DNA from: an uncultured Chloroflexia bacterium
GTDB lineage: Bacteria; Chloroflexota; Limnocylindria; Limnocylindrales; CSP1-4
NCBI GenBank assembly: GCA_963697135.1
Contig: CAVOMZ010000007.1
Span: forward strand, 348,463 to 412,462
DNA length: 64,000 bases
Direction: 5' to 3'
Made by a program: the position numbers and the translations under genes. Shown here in pieces: positions 60,754 through 64,000 of the stretch (positions within the stretch are counted from its first letter, which is position 1; each line of letters starts with the position of its first letter). Below the pieces are notes generated by a model. That model saw only the letters and a list, made by a program, of their open reading frames with translations, ran no database searches and was not told where the DNA came from.

Positions 60754-61963
60754 ATGACGTCCCGGCGAGAACGTAGCTCCCAGGTGCGGCCCCGCCCACC
60801 GAGCACCGGCCGGATCCAGCCCACCCGCCCGAAGACCCGGCCGTCGGCCACCAACGCCCGCCTGAACGCCCACTCGAGCTCGCGCCGGACGAGCTCCTCG
60901 GCGGGCCTGCCGCTGGTCAAGGCGGCCCTGGCTGCCGGGGTCGTCGCCCTGGCGGCCGTGGTCATGCTCGGTGCGCCGAGCGTCCTGGGCGCCATCTCCG
61001 GCGGTGTGGGCCAGGCCTTCTCGGGCGTCGTCGGCAAGCTGACCCAGACCGCCGAGCCATCGGCGACCCTGACCGTCCTGCCGCCCTCCCCGAGCCTGTC
61101 GATCCCGGCCCAGCCCTACACCAACCAGCCGACGCTCGACCTGACCGGGACGATCCCGAACTCGATTGTCGGTCAGACCGGCTACACCGTCCGGATCTAC
61201 CGCCAGGCCGGGACGGCCGGAACACCGTCGATGGTCGGCCAGGTCCCGGTTGGCGACAGTCCAACGTTCACGGTCCCCGGCGTCTCGCTCGTGAGCGGCA
61301 GCAACCTGTTCACGGCCACGATCGCCAGCGACGGCGGCGAGAGCCCGCCGTCGATCGCGGTGACCTACATCCTCGACCAGTCGAAGCCGAAGATCACGAT
61401 CAGCTCGCCCAGCAAGAATGCCGTGATCAACGGCCAGACCGTGTCGATCGTCGGCCAGACCCAGGCCGGCAGCTCGATCTCGGCCCGCAACGAGGCCAAT
61501 GCCCAGACGGCCGTGGCCACCGCCGACAACAGCGGCAAGTTCACGGTCGTGGTCGCCACTCGCGGGCGGCCAGAACGGGATCAACCTGACCGTGACCGAT
61601 CCGGCCGGCAACACGGCCTCGACGGTCCTCTAGGTCCAGCGCGGGACCGGCTCGCTGACAACCAAGCTGACCGCCTCGACCTATCACTTCAAGGCCAACC
61701 GGAGCAACCCGATCACGATGTCGATGCTCGTCCTCGACCCGAACGGGGCGCCCTGTCCGGGGCGACGGTCACCTTCACCCTGCGGTCCCCGGCGCGGGAT
61801 CAGCCCGGTGATCACGAAGACGCTGACGACGGGTTCGAGCGGGCTGGTCACCTGGCGGACCACGATCCCGGTCACCGTGGCCGGCAAGGGCGAGATCGCC
61901 GTCATGGTCCAGACCGACGCCTACGGCCAGCAGAACGCCCAGCTGCCGCTGACCTTCAACTGA
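60754..61963 (+). CDS. Membrane-anchored protein with bacterial Ig-like (Big) repeats (frame-disrupted, about 3 switches)
   Basis: A basic N-terminus and a TM (LVKAALAAGVVALAAVVMLGA) are followed by beta-rich repeats (…SKPKITISSPSKNAVINGQTVSIVGQTQAGSSISARN…GKFTVVVA). It continues as GQNGINLTVTDPAGNTAS and, in ORF 61718..61963, …KTLTTGSSGLVTWRTTIPVTVAGKGEIAVMVQTDAYG. Confidence 0.6.
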
Positions 61964-62083
61964 CCCGCGGCCGCCGGCCCGGTCGCCCCGGGCCGAACGC
62001 CTGTTCCGGGTCGCTCGATCGCTCGGCCGAGACCGGGCACGATCGAGTGGACGGCCCGCGAAGGGCCAGCTACCATCCGGGCC

Positions 62084-62455
62084 ATGCCGATGTGGCGCTG
62101 CCCGCACTGCGCGACCCCGCAGGCCGAGACGGCCCGCTGCTGGGTCTGCCACCGGTCGAGCACGAGCTGTGCCTCCTGCCGCAACTTCCGCCGCTCGGTC
62201 AGCGCGGGGGTCGGCTATTGCCCTGGACAACGGGGCCGGGCCGCCCTGAGCGGGCAGGAGATCCGCCGTGCTGGGAGCCCGTGCTCGCCCTCCCGACGCC
62301 CGCGGCGACGTTCCGCCGGAGCTCGGAGATGCCGGCCCCGAGCCGATCTCTCGCGTCCTCGTCGGAAGCCTGCCCGGGCAGGGAGCCGGCCGCTTCTGGC
62401 GCGACGCCGAGCAGCTGACGCCTCCCGGCCGAGGCTCAGGCCTGGCCGGATCTGA
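62084..62455 (+). CDS. Zinc-ribbon protein (N-terminal CxxC x3); the C-terminal part is probably out of frame
   Basis: MPMWRCPHCATPQAETARCWVCHRSSTSCASCRNF.... After about residue 45 the translation becomes Arg/Pro-rich off-frame-like sequence. The true end is uncertain (62418-62455). Confidence 0.45.
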   Translation: MPMWRCPHCATPQAETARCWVCHRSSTSCASCRNFRRSVSAGVGYCPGQRGRAALSGQEIRRAGSPCSPSRRPRRRSAGARRCRPRADLSRPRRKPARAGSRPLLARRRAADASRPRLRPGRI

Positions 62456-62486
62456 GCCCTGGCCGGATCTCGAGTCCGGCCGGATC

Positions 62487-64000
62487 TCACGACGGAGCGT
62501 CGGGGTCGGGGTCGGGGTGGGCGTCGGGGTCGGCGTTGGCGTGGGCGTCGGGCGTTGGCGTCGGGGTGGGCGTGGGCGTTGGCGTCGGCGTGGGCGTGGG
62601 CGTCGGGGTCGGCGTCGGGGCCGGAGTCGGCGAGGCTGCCGGGCCGCTCGAGACGACGTAGTCGATCGCCGTCCCGGAGGGAACCTGGATTCCGGCCGCG
62701 GGCGAGGTCGAGATGATCGAGCCGGCCGGAATGAGCGGATCCGGCGGCGATGTCGCGGTGCCCGGCAGGAGCTCGGCCGCCGTCAGCGCCTGGATCGCGT
62801 CGGACACGGTCAGACCGGTCAGGGTGGGCACCGTCACGATGGCCTTGCCGGTCGAGACGGTGACGTTGATCGTCGAGCCCGAGATCGACGGACGTTCCGG
62901 CCGGCTGGATCCTGGGCGACGATCGTGCCGTCGGGCTGGTCGTTGCTCTTGACGAACTGGGTCGGGACGATCGTCAGGTGGTTGTTCGTGGCCGTCGTCT
63001 GGGCGTCGGTCAGGAGCGCGCCGACGAAGTTCGGGCACGACGACCTGGGTGACCGCGGCCGGAGTTGCCGGACAGGAGCTTGAAGATCAGGAAGCCGGCC
63101 ACGACGAGGATCGCCAGGCCGAGCAGGCCGGCAATCCAGGCCCACGGGCTGGTCCCCGAGGGTTCCGGGTTCGTCGTCGTACGAGTCGTAGCGGCTGACC
63201 GGCGGCCCGGGCGGCACCGCGGAGGGCGCGCCGGCGTAGGCGTCGGGCGGGTAGGCACGTGCCGGCCGTCGGGTTCGGGCGGGCGACACCCGCGGCGACC
63301 GTGCCCGACGGCAGGCCCGGACAGCGGCGGCCCCGGCGGCCAGCCCGACGGCAGCGCCGGCGCGGGCCCGCCCCGGCGGCGACCCGGCCCCGACGGCCGG
63401 CGCCGGCGACACCGGCCACCGGCGGCCGCGGTCGAGCGGCCGGCCAGCCAGTCTCTCGAGCGCGTCGGCCATCGCCGCGGCACTGGCGAATCGATCGCCC
63501 GGATCGAGCGCCATCGCCTTCCGGTCGATCGCCTCGAGCTCGGGCGGGATGCCCGCCCGGAAGCGCGGAGGCATGCGGCGGCGGGCCGCTCAGGCGGGCC
63601 ATCGCGATCGAGGCGGCGGAGTCGCCCTCGAACGGGCGCCGGCCGGTCAGCAGCTCGAACAGGACGATGCCCAGGGAGTAGATATCGGATCGCTCGGTGG
63701 CCGGCTCGCCGCGGGCCTGCTCGGGCGCGAAGTAGTGGACCGAGCCCAGGGTCGTGCCCGGGCAGGGTCATCTGGGCTTCGCTGATCGCCCGGGCGATCC
63801 CGAAGTCGGTCATCTCGACCCGCCCGTCCTGGGCCAGCAGGATGTTGCCCGGCTTCACGTCGCGATGGATGATCCCCCGGGCATGGGCCGCGGCCAGGGC
63901 GCGGGCCGACTCGGCCGCGATCCGGGCCGCCTGGCGGGGCTGGAGCGGGCCCGTCCGGCGGATCAGCGTCGCGAGGTCCTCGCCGTCGACGTACTCCATC
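62487..64000 (-). CDS. Ser/Thr protein kinase, PknB-like, with TM, two PASTA domains and a PT-repeat tail. The N-terminus lies beyond the window. Frame-disrupted, at least 5 switches.
   Basis: [10 protein letters not shown] and DFGIARA are in ORF 63010..63999. [13 protein letters not shown]...[20 protein letters not shown] is in another frame. The TM is [26 protein letters not shown]-like [13 protein letters not shown]... and [19 protein letters not shown]... are in ORFs 62834..63574 and 62487..63038. Confidence 0.88.
62497..62630. repeat. Hexanucleotide-type microsatellite (GGCGTN/GGGGTC)n encoding a (Pro-Thr)n linker on the minus strand
   Basis: The minus-strand translation is ...[26 protein letters not shown] and then switches to [21 protein letters not shown] after an irregular unit (gtcgggcgttgg). 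Confidence 0.8.

Noticed and set aside
62495-62640. Regular short repeats that could be mistaken for a CRISPR array
   Set aside because: The period is 6-12 nt with no spacers, and the repeats lie inside a coding region. This is a coding microsatellite, not CRISPR.
62268-63083. Plus-strand ORF containing a [13 protein letters not shown] repeat
   Set aside because: It is the antisense reading of the (Pro-Thr)n repeat and PASTA region of the kinase, not an independent gene.

Overview
This is a very GC-rich chromosomal segment (about 70% by eye, not computed) with actinobacterial-type gene content. Markers include MMPL/MarR, an EXLDI-family protein, an ECF42-type sigma factor with a YCII/DGPF partner, LigC-type ligase and LigD-type polymerase genes, an MprAB/PepD-like RR-HK-HtrA module and a PASTA Ser/Thr kinase.

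I can support about 58 protein-coding loci on both strands:
- Transport: three ABC exporter sets, one ROK-linked sugar ABC importer, four MFS transporters and one MMPL.
- Regulation: MarR x2, GbsR, MerR, HxlR, GntR, ROK, two ECF sigmas and an OmpR-type two-component pair.
- Metabolism: ppc, folE, folC-folP-folB, msrB, an aguB-like amidase and L25/Ctc.
- DNA repair: a UvrD-helicase/Fe-S nuclease fusion, a YcaQ-like glycosylase, an ATP-dependent ligase and a Prim-Pol.

I recognised no rRNA, tRNA, CRISPR array, transposase or integrase.

The dominant anomaly is that more than half of the loci can only be read by switching frame one or more times. I counted about 70 switches by eye. They are strongly clustered, and a ~12 kb block (18.4-30.4 kb) is clean. 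Many long ORFs in the supplied track are GC-driven antisense or off-frame artefacts.

I did not find a textbook defence island or a clear-cut novel multi-gene system. The best candidates for undescribed biology are:
- (a) an ATP-ligase that is stop/start-coupled to a proline-rich 'PEGSGWVQP' tandem-repeat membrane protein;
- (b) an orphan 4-Cys 84-aa ORF coupled to the front of the folC-folP-folB operon;
- (c) a lower-GC islet of three small orphan ORFs at 18.8-19.7 kb;
- (d) recurrent CTGA stop/start overlaps where no canonical start codon exists;
- (e) the uncharacterised EXLDI protein with its DrrAB-like exporter.

All functional calls rest on motifs I read in the translations. No database search was run.
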